A DNA stretch of 64,000 nt from an uncultured Acidobacteriota bacterium (GTDB taxonomy: Bacteria; Acidobacteriota; Thermoanaerobaculia; UBA5066; Gp7-AA6): positions 149,837 through 213,836 of the forward strand of contig CAVRXJ010000024.1 in assembly GCA_963725095.1 (NCBI GenBank), in the 5' to 3' direction. The translations under genes and the position numbers were made by a program. The first letter of the stretch is position 1, and the number at the start of each line of letters is the position of its first letter. Positions 52,267-63,046 of the stretch are shown here, one piece after another. Under the pieces are notes generated by a model, which saw nothing but the letters and a program-made list of their open reading frames with translations, was not told the DNA's origin and ran no database searches.

Positions 52267-53821
52267 ATGACGCCGACTCCAGAGCCCTCCCCCGCGCCGG
52301 GGGCGCCGGCCGGCGATGCGATCCCGGGCGCGATGTGGGGCCTCGCGCTGCTCTTCTTTCTCAAGGCCGCGGCGCTCGCCCTGTTCGTGACGCCGCTCTG
52401 GGACGTGCCGGACGAAGTGGCCCACTTCGCGACGATCTCCGCCCTCGCCGACGGGCAGGGGATTCCGCGTCCGGGCACGAGCGTCCTGCCGCCCCGGCTG
52501 GTCGGGCTCTGGAATCCCGGCCTCGCCGGGCAGGCCGTCGGCAACTGGGTCTCGATCCACCCGCCCGGCTACCATGCGCTGGCCGTGCCGTTTCTCCGCG
52601 CGGCGCGCGCGGCGACGCCGGACTTCGCCTGGCAGGTGCGCGGGACGCGGCTGCTCTCGGCCCTCTGCGGAGCGGCCGCGCTGCTCGTGTTCTTTCGCGT
52701 CCTGCGCGAGGCCGGCGCCGATCGCCCGACGGGAATGGCCGGCGCGGCGGCGGTGGGATTCATCCCGATGTACTCCCACATGTCCTCCGGGATCAACCAC
52801 GACATCCTCTGCGCCCTGCTCGGCGGCCTCGTGGCTCTCGCCTTCTTCCGGTTGATCCGCAGCCGCTCGAGCCGGGACGCTCTTGCGCGTGGCGGCGGCG
52901 CTCGCCGCCTGCGGCGCGGTCAAGGCGACGGCCGTACCGCTGGCGCTCGCCCTGTTACCTCTGGTGCCCGTGCACCTTTCAGGACGCTGGGGCAGCCGGA
53001 TCGCGCGCGGAGCGGCCGTCGCGGCCGTCGCCCTCTCGACGACGGCGGCCTGGGGCCTCTGGAGGGGAGCGGCCCCGGGCTCCGACGCCTCCCCCGCGGC
53101 CGGACCGGCGCGCGCGCCGACGGCCGCGGCGTTTCTCGAGGGTCTGCGCGAAGCGCCGATCCTCGACCACACGTTCAAGAACTTCCTCGGCCTCATCGGC
53201 TGGACCGGGACCGGGCGCGGCGCGCTCGCCTGGTTCCAGATCTCGGGGCCGTTTCTGGCCCTCTATCTCCTGCTGACCCTCTGGCTGCTCGTGCTCACGG
53301 CGTCCTGGGTGTGGACCCGTGACTTCGGGCACTCCGGCGGCAGGCCGCCCCGCACCGCGGCCGTGAGCTGGGGCCTCGGCGCGCTCGTGCTCGTGGCCTC
53401 CTTCGGCTGGCTGTCGACCGGCGCCGTCACGGCCTGGCCAAAGCTCGCGCTCTACGCGTTCCTGCTCGCGGTGTTGTCCCTCTCGATCCCCCGCGTCTGG
53501 ACGCCGCGCGCAGCTCCCGAGGGCGCCGTGTTCGCGTCCCAGTTCACCGTGCTCGTCTTCACGGCCGCCTACCTCTTTCACATCGTCCGGAACCTGCTCG
53601 CGACGGGCGCCATGCGCGGAACGCACGGCCGCTACTTCTTCGTCGTCACGGGCTTCCTGCTCGCGGCGCTCCTCCTTCCGGCGGCGGACCGGCTGTCGGC
53701 CTGGCGCGGCCGCAACCGTTTGATGCTCGCCGTCGTCCTCGCGCTCTTCGCCAACGAGACGGTGTTCTTCCTCGCGCGCGTGATCCCCTTCTACCGCGGC
53801 GGCCCGCGGCTTCTGCCGTGA
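52267..53821 (+). CDS. Polytopic membrane protein resembling GT39/ArnT/DUF2142-type glycosyltransferases; one apparent frameshift near 52880
   Basis: Roughly 12 predicted TM helices; an early loop with WDVPDEVAHF (DE-containing motif after TM1, as in GT-C enzymes); Ala/Leu-rich helices throughout. Family-level assignment only. Confidence 0.45.
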
Positions 53822-54711
53822 GGGCGCGCGTCGCGGGCATCGCGGCCGCGCTCCTCGCCGTCGCCGTCCTGGAAGGATCGCGTGCCCTCTCCGGCTCGCC
53901 GATCTCGGCGGCGTCTGTCCTCGGCAGCGCCCTTTTTGCGGCGCTGGTGCTCGCGGCGGCCGCCATGAGCCGGCCCGATCTCCTGCCCGATCGGCGGTGG
54001 CGGGTTCCCGCGGCCGCACTGGCGGTGGCCGGAGCGGGGGCTCTCAGCGCGTTCGCGGCGGCTGCCGGCGCAAGCGCCGCGGCGGCCGGGATCGCCGTGG
54101 CCGCCTTCTTCGCGCTCGGTATCGCCGCCGCTTGCGTTCCGGCGCGGTCCGGCCGGGGCCTCGCGAAGGCCGCGCGGGTGCTCGGCCTCGCGGCGGCCGC
54201 CGGCGCCGCTCCGATGGCCGCGGTCGAGGTCGAGTCCCGCTTCGCGCACGAGGAGATCTTCGTCGCCCTCGCCGCAGCCGCCCTCGGGTCGGCGTGGCTC
54301 TGCCTCTGGCTCGCGGCGAGCGCGCTGTATCGGGCCAGGGCGACGCCGGGGCGCTCGTGGCGCTGCGGCCGGGCGTGCTCGCGCTCGCCGCCGGATTGCT
54401 CGCTGTGGCGGGCTTCGTCGGCGCGATCATCACGTTACCAGGACAGTTTTTCGGCCGCCGCTCCGCCGCCCTTTCCCGGAATCACGCCGGAGGAGCCCTT
54501 CCGGTGCGGGGAAACGGCGGCGGATCCGGAGCCCTTCGACGGGCCCGGCGTCTTCGCGGCGCTGCTCTCGCGGGTCGAGGCCCATCTCCCGCGCACGCCC
54601 CCCGAGGACGGGATGCTCGCGCTCGCGACCGGCGACGCCGATCGCGCCGCGGCGTTCCGATCGGGGCTCCTCCAGGAAGTCGCCGGCGAGGTCTTCTCGC
54701 GTCGTGGGTGA
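53818..54711 (+). CDS. Hypothetical Ala-rich integral membrane protein
   Basis: 297-aa ORF with 4-nt overlap to both neighbours; multiple hydrophobic segments (AAALLAVAVL, ALFAALVLAAAAM, IAVAAFFALGIAAACV, AAALGSAWLCLWLAASALY). Low complexity; may be partly over-extended. Confidence 0.35.
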   Translation: MRARVAGIAAALLAVAVLEGSRALSGSPISAASVLGSALFAALVLAAAAMSRPDLLPDRRWRVPAAALAVAGAGALSAFAAAAGASAAAAGIAVAAFFALGIAAACVPARSGRGLAKAARVLGLAAAAGAAPMAAVEVESRFAHEEIFVALAAAALGSAWLCLWLAASALYRARATPGRSWRCGRACSRSPPDCSLWRASSARSSRYQDSFSAAAPPPFPGITPEEPFRCGETAADPEPFDGPGVFAALLSRVEAHLPRTPPEDGMLALATGDADRAAAFRSGLLQEVAGEVFSRRG

Positions 54712-56240
54712 AACGAAGTACTGGCAGTACGAGGCGTCGTTGCGCGCCTACTACTACCCTCGCGTCCGCGCGGCGTTCCCGGGCCTCTTCCCTCCGGAGG
54801 AGGAGCGCCGCGTGGCGGACTGGTTCGCGAGGATCAACCGGCGCGCGCTCGCCCGGGGGCCCGACGACGTCATCTACGCGCTCGCCTTCGCCAAGCGGCC
54901 GGAGGGTCCGTACGAGAACCAGGAGAACGGCGCCGGCCTGCTCGCGCTCCTCGAGGCGGAAGGCCTGGCGGCGCCGGAGCTCTCGCGGCGCAACCGCCAT
55001 TACCTCGACCGCGCGCGCCGGGGCTGGGAGGCGCGCTTCCGAAACAACGACGACTCCTACGGCTACCAGTCCGAGTGGATCAACAACGCCTTCTTCCAGA
55101 GCCTCCGCTCGGGCCGCGCTCCGGAGGGAGCGGTCAAGCGGTCCTTCCAGTGGCTTCTGCTCCAGGCGCAGCCCGACGGCCTTCCCCCCGACTACAACGC
55201 CGGCGTGCCGCCGCTCCTGCCGGAAACCGCGTACCTCGGGGCAACGCTGCAGCGCGACCCGACGCTCCTGTGGCTTTCCGGACGCGGCCTTCGGAGCTTC
55301 GCGCGCCGCGGGCTCACGCTCCCGGCGCAGCCCGGCGTCGAGCGCGCCGTGGAGTTCCCGGGCCGCTCGCCGTCTCGTCGGCAGCTGCCTGCTCTACGCC
55401 GACTCGGGGCTGCCCAACCGCGTCGGGCCGCTCGCTCCCGACAAGATCGTGTTCCGCGACGGATGGACGGAAGAGAGCGCGTACGCCCTCCTGAACCTGC
55501 GCTTTGCCGGCTGGCACCGCTACCGCGCGACCAACGCCCTGGTCCTGCTGCGCCGCGGGGAGACGCTCGTCGGCGAGAAACGCGGACAGCCGTTTGCGTG
55601 GCTTCCGCTCGAGCGGCGCATCTTCCGGGACAAGCGCATTCCGCGCGAGCACGCCAACGGACTGCTCGTCGAGCCGACCGGCTTCGCCGCGGCGCTCTCG
55701 CAGTTGATCGGATTCGGCGGACCCTGGGCGCAGGATCCGCCGCACTTCGCGCGCGTCGAGGCGTTCGAGACCGGCGCGCGCCGCCGACCGGAGCACGACG
55801 GCCGTCACCGGCTGGCGAGGCTGGTCGCACCGGCGAACGATTCTGTTCCAGCACGGCGGACCGATCGTCGTCGTGGACGATGCGCGCGGCCCGGCCGCGC
55901 GGTCCGCCGCCGTCGCGTGGCACGTCACGGGGCGGCCCGGCCCGGATCCGATGCGCTTCCGCCTGGGGCGGGGTTCCGACGCGGAGCTCGTCCTCGTGCC
56001 GCTCGAGGCGCCCGGAGGCACGCGTCGAGGCCCGCCCGGTTGCCGGGGCCGGGGAGCCGGATCTGGATCTGCTCTACCGGCCCGCGAAGGCGGGAGGGTT
56101 CCGCCTCGCGAGCGTCTTCCTGACGGGCCGCTGGAGCGGGGCGCGCGCGGAGATCCGAACCGTTCCCGGGGGAAGGGAGCTCCGGATCGACAAGCGGCGG
56201 CGAATCGTTTTCCCTTCCGCTGCCATAATCCCGATCCGCG
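54704..56240 (+). CDS. Hypothetical protein, possibly heparinase II/III-like (alpha/alpha-toroid) fold; 2 or more apparent frameshifts
   Basis: MGETKYWQYEASLRAYYYPRVRAAFPGLFPPEEERRVADWFARINRRALARGPDDVIYALAFAKRP...DSYGYQSEWINNAFFQSL...; later frames ...LLYADSGLPNRVGPLAPDKIVFRDGWTEESAYALLNLRFAGWHRYRATNALVLLRRGETLVGEK.... Family assignment is tentative. Confidence 0.35.
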
Positions 56241-57334
56241 ATGAGACCGGTCGAAGACCTGCCGACACCGGCCGTGCTGATCGACCTCGACGTGCTCGAG
56301 CGCAACATCGCGCGCATGGCCGAGCGCGCCCGCGCCGCGAAGGTGAAGCTGCGGCCGCACGGGAAGACGCACAAGGTGATCGAGATCGGCCGGATGCAGA
56401 TCGCCGTCGGCGCCGCCGGATTGTCGCTCGCCAAGGTCGGCGAAGCGGAGGTCTTCGCGGACGCCGGCTTCAAGGACGTCTTCCTCGCCTACCCGACGGT
56501 CGGCGGCGACCGCGCGCGGCGGCTGCTCGCGCTCGCGGACCGACTGGCGCTCTGCGTCGGAACCGACAGCGTCGAGGGCGCGCAGTCGCTCTCCGACGTG
56601 TTCCGCGCGGCGCGGCGCACCCTCGGAAGTCCTCCTCAAGATCGACTGCGGCTATCACCGGGTGGGCGTCGCGCCCGACCGGGCGCTCGAAGTGGCCCGC
56701 GCGGATCGCCGAGCTGCCCGGGCTGAAGCTGCGCGGCATCTTCACGCACGCGGGCCAGGCGTACGGCGCCGAGGACCCGTCCGCCGTGGCGCAGATCGGA
56801 CGCGGCGAGGGAGAAACGGTCGTCGCGGTCGCGAAGGAAATGCGCGCCGCGGGGCTGTCCGTCGACGAGGTCTCGGTCGGCTCGACCCCGACCGCCCCGC
56901 ACGCGATGCGCGTGTCCGGAGTCACCGAGTGCCGTCCGGGAAACTACGTCTACCACGATGGGACGCAGGTCGCCCTCGGGACCTGCTCGCCGAAGGACTG
57001 CGCGATGACCGTCGCGGCGACCGTCGTCAGCGTTCCGGCGGCCGACCGCGCCGTCGTCGACGCCGGCTCGAAGACCCTCTCTTCCGACATCCTGCGTCCG
57101 CGCCCGGGCGGGCACGGCCTGCTTCTCGGAACTTCCAGCCGGCTGGACCGGCTTTCGGAGGAGCACGGCGTCGTCCAGGTCGAGCCCGGCGACCGGTTCC
57201 GCGTCGGCCAGCGGGTCTCGATCCTCCCCAACCACGCCTGCGTCGTCTCCAACCTGCACGACCGGGTCTACGGCGTGCGCGCCGGCCGGGTCGAGACGGA
57301 GCTTCGCGTGGCGGCGCGGGGAAGGGTGGACTGA
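56241..57334 (+). CDS. DSD1-family fold-type III PLP enzyme (D-serine dehydratase / D-threonine aldolase-like); 2 apparent frameshifts near 56620-56700
   Basis: MRPVEDLPTPAVLIDLDVLERNIARMAERARAAKVKLRPHGKTHKV (PLP lysine in HGKTHK)...CVGTDSVEGAQ...; C-terminal IAELPGLKLRGIFTHAGQAYG...VSVGSTPTA...CRPGNYVYHDG...VVSVPAADRAVVDAGSKTLSSD...HGVVQVEPGDRFRVGQRVSILPNHACVVSNLHDRV. Confidence 0.7.
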
Positions 57335-57437
57335 AAAAATCGGGCGTCGACGCCCGATTTTTTCATCCCGAGCGAAGCGAGGGATCCCAAACTTCCTGGG
57401 GACTCCGGCATTCGCGACTGCCTCCTCCCGGTATGCT

Positions 57438-58952
57438 GTGTCTTGGCGACTCCCCATGCCGCACACGGTCACGCTCCCCCTCTGGCTGGCGATCCTCGTC
57501 GGCCTCCTCGCCCTCTGGGCGGCGCTCGACCGGCTCCTGATCCCGTCGGCCCGCTGGGTGCTGCGCCGGCGCGTGAACCGGCTGCTCGAGCAGATCAACA
57601 CGACCCTGAAGATCCAGATCCCGCCCTTCAAGATCACCCGGCGCGAGGTCCTGATCGACCGGCTGCTCTTCGATCCCGAGGTGCAGGACGCCGCCGCGGC
57701 GCATGCGCGCGAGGCCGGCGTTCCCCGCGAGGTCGCGATGGCGATCGTCTCCCGCTACGCGAACGAGATCGTCCCGAACTTCAACGCCTACGTCTACTTC
57801 CGCCTCGGGTACGCGTCCGCCCGGGCGATCGCGCGGTCTCTCTACCGCGTGCGTCTGGGCTATTCCGACGAGGAAGGCCTCGCCCGCATCGCCCCGTCGT
57901 CCACGGTCGTCTTCCTCATCAACCACCGCAGCAACATGGACTACATCCTCGTGTCGTACCTCGCCGCCGAGAAGGCGGCCCTCTCCTACGCGGTCGGGGA
58001 GTGGGCGCGCATCTGGCCGCTCCAGACGCTCATCCGGTCGATGGGCGCGTATTTCGTGCGCCGCAACTCGCGCGACGCGCTCTACCGAAAAGTGCTCGAG
58101 CGGTACGTCGCGATGGCGACCGCCGCCGGCGTGACGCAGGCGGTCTTTCCGGAGGGCGGCCTCTCCCGCGACGGGAAGCTGCGGCCGCCCAAGCTCGGGA
58201 TCCTCGACTACATGCTCCGCTCGTTCGATCCGGACGGCGACCGGGACATCGCGTTCATTCCGGTCGGAATCAACTACGACCGGACCTTCGAGGACCGCAG
58301 CTTCCTGCTCGAGCTCGATCCGGACGCCTCCCGGCCGGGCACGACGGCCGCCTTCGCGACGACGGCCCGTTTCGCCGGACGCAACCTCGCGCTGATGGCG
58401 CGCAACCGGTGGCACCGTTTCGGCTACGCCTGCGTCAACTTCGGCTCACCGGTCTCGCTCAAGGACTACGTCCGGCGGCGGGGCATCGACTTCCGGCGCC
58501 TCCCGAAGGAGGAGCGCTTCGCCCAGGTCGAGGCGTTCGCCCGGGAGCTCATGGGCGAGATCGCGCGCGTGATTCCCGTCGTGCCCGTCTCGCTCGCCGC
58601 CACGGTCTTCGTCCGCGCGCCCGAGCGGGCATGGAGCGAGCTCGAGCTGAAGGCCGAGATCCTCCGGCTGATGAAGGACGCCGAGGCGCGCGGCGCGCAC
58701 GTCTACATCCCGCGCGGAGACCAGGATTACGCGATCGACGTGGGCCTGCGGATGCTGACGCTGCGGCGCCTGGTCGAGGAGGCCGACGGCATCTTCACGC
58801 CGCGGCGGGAAGAGCTGCCGCTGCTGACCTACTACGCCAACTCGATCGCGCACCTGTTCGCGCCGTCGCCCCCGCCTCACGCCACGTGTGACACGTCCTG
58901 CCTCCGGGCCCGCGCCGCGAGGCGCTCCAGGCCCGGCCGCAGCAGCCGATAG
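57438..58952 (+). CDS. PlsB-like glycerol-3-phosphate / lysophospholipid acyltransferase (HX4D motif)
   Basis: VVFLINHRSNMDYILVSY (H-x4-D), ...GAYFVRRNSRD..., VFPEGGLSRDGKLRPPKLGILDYM, IPVGINYDRTFEDRS; N-terminal TM. The 3' end probably overlaps the convergent DUF2062 gene or is over-extended. Confidence 0.75.
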   Translation: MSWRLPMPHTVTLPLWLAILVGLLALWAALDRLLIPSARWVLRRRVNRLLEQINTTLKIQIPPFKITRREVLIDRLLFDPEVQDAAAAHAREAGVPREVAMAIVSRYANEIVPNFNAYVYFRLGYASARAIARSLYRVRLGYSDEEGLARIAPSSTVVFLINHRSNMDYILVSYLAAEKAALSYAVGEWARIWPLQTLIRSMGAYFVRRNSRDALYRKVLERYVAMATAAGVTQAVFPEGGLSRDGKLRPPKLGILDYMLRSFDPDGDRDIAFIPVGINYDRTFEDRSFLLELDPDASRPGTTAAFATTARFAGRNLALMARNRWHRFGYACVNFGSPVSLKDYVRRRGIDFRRLPKEERFAQVEAFARELMGEIARVIPVVPVSLAATVFVRAPERAWSELELKAEILRLMKDAEARGAHVYIPRGDQDYAIDVGLRMLTLRRLVEEADGIFTPRREELPLLTYYANSIAHLFAPSPPPHATCDTSCLRARAARRSRPGRSSR

Positions 58953-59360
58953 ACGAGGGCGCCGACCGGCAGCGACAGGGCCGCCCACACCACGGCGCCG
59001 TGCCAGGTGACCGTCCACAGGGAGGCGATCGTTCCCGGGAGGTCCTCCCGGCCCATGCGCCAGGATCTTCGCGGGGGAGAGCGGCGTGTGCGGCGCGCCG
59101 AAGACCCACTCCCCGGCGCGCAGGAACGGCACCAGGAGCGCCAGCTGCAGCGGATACGCGAGCACGTTGACCGCCTGGATCAGCGGCTGGTTCAGACGCA
59201 GCACCATCGCACCGAGCGCGCAGAGGATCGTCGTCGTCCCGAGCACCGGCGGCACCGAAAGGCACAGCCCCACCGCGAGGGTGAGCGCGACGTCGTCGGC
59301 CGTGAGACCCTGGCGGAACTGATCGGCGAGGATCTGGCCGAAGCGGCGAAACAGCGTCAC
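58870..59360 (-). CDS. DUF2062-family small membrane protein; one apparent frameshift near 59060
   Basis: MTLFRRFGQILADQFRQGLTADDVALTLAVGLCLSVPPVLGTTTILCALGAMVLRLNQPLIQAVNVLAYPLQLALLVPFLRAGEWVFGAPHTPLSPAKILA, then (other frame) MGREDLPGTIASLWTVTWHGAVVWAALSLPVGALVYRLL. Confidence 0.5.
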
Positions 59361-59400
59361 CGGGTCTCCTCGCCGCCCGTGGGACGGCTCCTCCGCCGGG

Positions 59401-59766
59401 TCAACCCCGCTCGGGATCGGGAGCGAAAATCGACAGCGCGAAGCTGACCACGGAAACCACGAGCGCCCCGAGGAACGCCGCCCAGAATCCGGTGACGTGG
59501 AATCCCAGGCCGAGCCTTGCGGAGAGCGCGCTCGTCAGCCAGAAGATCAGGGCGTTGATCACCAGCGTGAAGAGTCCGAGCGTCAGGATGAGCATGGGGC
59601 AGGAGAGAAAGACGAGCAGCGGCCGGACCAGGGCGTTCAACAACCCGAGGACGAGCGCGACCAGCAGCAGCCCGATCCACTCTCCCTGATAGTCCACTCC
59701 CCGGACGATCTCGACGGCCACCCAGAGGGCGAGCGCGGTGATCAGGACGCGGATGAGGAAACGCAT
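59401..59766 (-). CDS. Phage-holin-family-4-like (YvlD-like) small membrane protein, intact
   Basis: MRFLIRVLITALALWVAVEIVRGV...LLVALVLGLLNALVRPLLVFLSCPMLILTLGLFTLVINALIFWLTSAL; 121 aa, 3-4 TM. Confidence 0.6.
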   Translation of the reverse strand: MRFLIRVLITALALWVAVEIVRGVDYQGEWIGLLLVALVLGLLNALVRPLLVFLSCPMLILTLGLFTLVINALIFWLTSALSARLGLGFHVTGFWAAFLGALVVSVVSFALSIFAPDPERG

Positions 59767-59784
59767 CGACTTTCTCCCCGAACC

Positions 59785-60342
59785 CTATCGCGGCCAGAGC
59801 CAGCCGAACGCGGCTCCCGTGAGCAGACCGTAGACGACGCCGTCGAAGACCTCCTTGAACGTCATCGACCAGGACTGCCCCCACCAGATGCTCCTCGGAA
59901 CGAGCGCCGCCGCGTAGGCGAGGACGGCCACGGTGCCCGCCACCCGGAAGACCGCGAGGCTCGGGGCGCCGGCCGGCAGGACGCGCCCGGTCAGGTAGGC
60001 GACGAAGAGCGAAACGCCGAGCAGGTAGACGAACCACTGGCCGAGGCTCTTTCCCATCGAGCCGTCCCACCGTTCCCAGTACAGCAGGAACCCCGAGGGC
60101 CCGTCGGCCATCTTCTTCTTCATCTCCGGGCTCTGCATCTGCTTGGCATCCGCGTAGGGAAACCGGTATTGCCCGCGCGGGACCTTCGCCCTGCGCAGGG
60201 CATCGAGGATCGCCTCTTCGCCGGGCAGGCCTTTCCAGTCGGAATCGTGGTGCTTGATGACCATCCAGAAGAGGGAGCTCGCGACGAAGGCGAGGACGGC
60301 GGAGACGAGGATGGGAACCCAGAGTGCTCCGACGGGGACCAT
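59785..60342 (-). CDS. Hypothetical membrane protein (N- and C-terminal TM segments), intact
   Basis: 185-aa ORF. MVPVGALWVPILVSAVLAFVASSLFWMVI ... central soluble part with DWKGLPGEEAILDALRRAKVPRGQYRFPYAD ... C-terminal helices FVYLLGVSLFVAYLTG, VAVLAYAAALV, VVYGLLTGAAFGWLW. Confidence 0.45.
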   Translation of the reverse strand: MVPVGALWVPILVSAVLAFVASSLFWMVIKHHDSDWKGLPGEEAILDALRRAKVPRGQYRFPYADAKQMQSPEMKKKMADGPSGFLLYWERWDGSMGKSLGQWFVYLLGVSLFVAYLTGRVLPAGAPSLAVFRVAGTVAVLAYAAALVPRSIWWGQSWSMTFKEVFDGVVYGLLTGAAFGWLWPR

Positions 60343-60410
60343 GGCGCACCTCCTTGCCGGCGGGCAACGCCGTTGGCGGGATTATCTACCCGGAACGGCT
60401 TGCGGACGGC

Positions 60411-61562
60411 TTACGCGGGCGAGGGCACGGCGGCCTCGGCCGCCGCGACGAGCCGCTCGAGCACTTCCGCCAGATGCGCCCGGCACTTCTCCATCTCGGC
60501 ATGGAGCTCCTCGGCGCGCCGTTGCCCCGAGGCGCCGGCGCGCGCCTTCAGCCCCCGCGCTTCGGCGTGCAGCCGCTCGAGCCTTTCCACGGCATGCACG
60601 CGGGCAGACTCGAGCTCCTCGACGGCGTGCCGGGCGGTGGCCCAGGCGGCATCGCGCCGCTCGACCCACCGTTCCGTCAGCCGCCGGATGCGGTCGTTCC
60701 ACGGCTCCCCGGCCGGCAGCGGCCGCGGCGGGAGCGCCGCCTTGCCGCGCAGGCGCTGCGGCGGCCGGTGGAGGTCGCGGACGATCCCGACTTTTTCGAG
60801 AAACCACAGGGCATAGAAGCTCGGATCGATCTGCCACCAGCGGAAGCCCTGCGCCGCGGAGCCCGGAAAGTAGTGATGGTTGTTGTGCCACCCCTCTCCG
60901 TTCGTCAGGACCGCGAAGAGAAAGCTGTTCCGGCTCGAGTCGGTGGTCGGGAAGACGCGGCGCCCGAAGAGGTGCATCACGCTGTTGATCGAGAACGTGC
61001 CGTGCCAGAGCAGAGCGGTCGACAGGAAGTAGCCGTAGAAGAGCCCCATCCATCCAAACGCGAAGTAGCAGGCGAAACCGTAGAGCACCGTCGGGAGGTA
61101 CCGATGGCGGTCGAGCCAAAGGAGCTCCGGGATACTTCGCCAGATCCGGCACGCGCGAAAAGTCCGTCTCTTCGTAGTCGGGCACGAGGATCCAGCCGAT
61201 GTGGCTCCACCAGAACCCGCGCTGGATCGGGCTGTGGATGTCCTCCGGAAGATCGGAGAACCGGTGGTGGTGGCGATGGTTCGACGCCCACCAGAGGACG
61301 CCTCTCTGCGCCGCGGTCTGGCCGAGGAAGGCCATCAGGAACTGGGACAGCCGACCGAGCCGGTACGTGCGGTGGCTGAAATAGCGGTGGAAACCGGCGG
61401 TGATGCCGAACATCCGCAGGTAGTAGGAGGCCAGGCACAGCGCGACACCGGTCCAGGAAAAGCCGACGGCGAAAACGCCCAGGGCGGCGAGGTGAACGGC
61501 CAGAAACCCGATCGCGGCGCTCGCGCGGTAGGTGGACGGCTTTTCCTTGCTCTGCGGCACGC
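60411..61562 (-). CDS. Acyl-CoA (Delta9) fatty-acid desaturase; 2 apparent frameshifts near 61090-61160
   Basis: GTG start with GAAGGAG RBS; histidine boxes HRYFSH, SNHRHHHRFSD (segment 60977-61696) and HNNHHYFPGSAAQGFRWWQIDPS (segment 60411-61088); C-terminal cytoplasmic coiled-coil extension. Confidence 0.75.
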
Positions 61563-61627
61563 GGACTCCTTCGAAAAAAGACGGCGATGATAACCGGGAA
61601 TCCGATCCGCCGTAGGATTCCCCGATC

Positions 61628-62068
61628 GTGGACTGGACGCGCGGCGCGTGGACGATCTCGACCGACCGGGAGCGGCTGGACCGCGAGGCGATCCACGCCT
61701 TCCTCTTCAACTCCTATTGGGCCAAGGGAATCCCGCGAGCGATCCTCGACCGGTCGATCGAGAACTCCCTCTGCTTCGGCCTCTACGAGGGTTCACGGCT
61801 CGTCGGATTCGCCCGCGTCATCACCGACCGCGCGACCTTCGCCTACCTGGCGGACGTCTTCGTGCTCGAGTCGCATCGGGGCCGGGGCCTCTCGAAGTGG
61901 CTGATGGAGGTGATTTTGGGGCATCCGGACCTTCAGGGAATGCGCCGCTGGACGCTCGCCACCCGGGATGCCCATGGTCTCTACGAGCAGTTCGGCTTTC
62001 GGAGGCTCACGAGCCCCGACCGCCTGATGGAGATCGTGGACATGGACATCTACCTGAAGAAACCCTAG
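61628..62068 (+). CDS. GNAT-family N-acetyltransferase, intact 146 aa
   Basis: GFARVITDRATFAYLADVFVLESHRGRGLSKWLMEVIL (acetyl-CoA-binding Q/RxxGxG/A motif), ...LATRDAHGLYEQFGFRRL. Confidence 0.8.
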   Translation: MDWTRGAWTISTDRERLDREAIHAFLFNSYWAKGIPRAILDRSIENSLCFGLYEGSRLVGFARVITDRATFAYLADVFVLESHRGRGLSKWLMEVILGHPDLQGMRRWTLATRDAHGLYEQFGFRRLTSPDRLMEIVDMDIYLKKP

Positions 62069-62204
62069 GATTTCCCCGAAATATGACTGCCGTCCGCTAG
62101 TCGATCCCCCGGGAACGGGGGCGATTCGACGCGAGAAATTCAGACACGCCACGCGCGGACCCGCCGGGCCGCACGCGGCCAAATTCTCGAAAGGACGGAC
62201 CCCC

Positions 62205-62956
62205 ATGGAATCACCCACCGACTGGTGGAACGGCTTCTTCACCGGACTCTTCGCCGACTTCTGGCGGGCGGTCATTCCCGCCGAACACACGCTGGCGGAA
62301 GTCGACTTCCTCGAGAAGGTCCTTGCGCTCGCTCCCGGCTCGCGTGTGCTCGACGTGCCCTGCGGGCACGGCCGGCACAGCCTGGAGCTCGCCCGCCGGG
62401 GTTACCGCGTGACCGGCCTCGACTTCTCGACGGACCTCCTCGGCTCGGCCCGCGAGAGCGCGCGCCGCGCGCGGCCTCGCGATCGAGTGGGTCGAGCGCG
62501 ACATGCGCGACGTCGTGGAAGGCGAGGCCTTCGACGCCGCCTTCTGCGCCGGAAATTCCTTCGGCTACTTCGACGATGCCGGCAACCAGGCTTTCCTCGA
62601 TTCGGCCGCCCGCGCCCTTCGAAAGGGCGGGCGCTTCGTGCTCGAATCCGGCTGGATCAGCGAGGCCCTCCTGCCGAACTTCCGCGACAGGATCGACATG
62701 GAAGCCGACGGCATCGCTTTTCGGGCCGAGAACCGCGTACGACCCCGCCACGGCGCGCGTCGAGAGCCGCTTCACCGTGCGCCGCGGCGCGCAGAGCGAG
62801 ACCCGGCTCGCCGCGCACCGGATCTACACCTGCCGGGAGATCGTGCGGATGCTCGAAGGCGCGGGATTCTCGGATCTCGAGGCGTTCGGATCGCTCGCCC
62901 GGGAGCCCTTCGTCCTGGGCTCCCCGCGACTCCTTCTGGCGGCGGCGAAGGGCTAG
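62205..62956 (+). CDS. Class I SAM-dependent methyltransferase; 2 apparent frameshifts
   Basis: Motif I VLDVPCGHGRHSLELARRGYRVTGLDFS, post-I ...FDAAFCAGNSFGYF..., ...LRKGGRFVLES. Confidence 0.7.
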
Positions 62957-63046
62957 GCCGCTATGGACGGGCGAACGACTCGACCAGGCCGGCGACCGCC
63001 GCCTCGGCCATCGCCTGAAGCTCGCCTTCGCGGCCCTCCGGCGGGC

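Noticed and set aside
58870-58952. About 80-bp 3' overlap of the convergent acyltransferase and DUF2062 genes
   Set aside because: More likely an over-extended acyltransferase tail (…PSPPPHATCDTSCLRARAARRSRPGRSSR looks non-native) or another indel than a genuine long antisense overlap.
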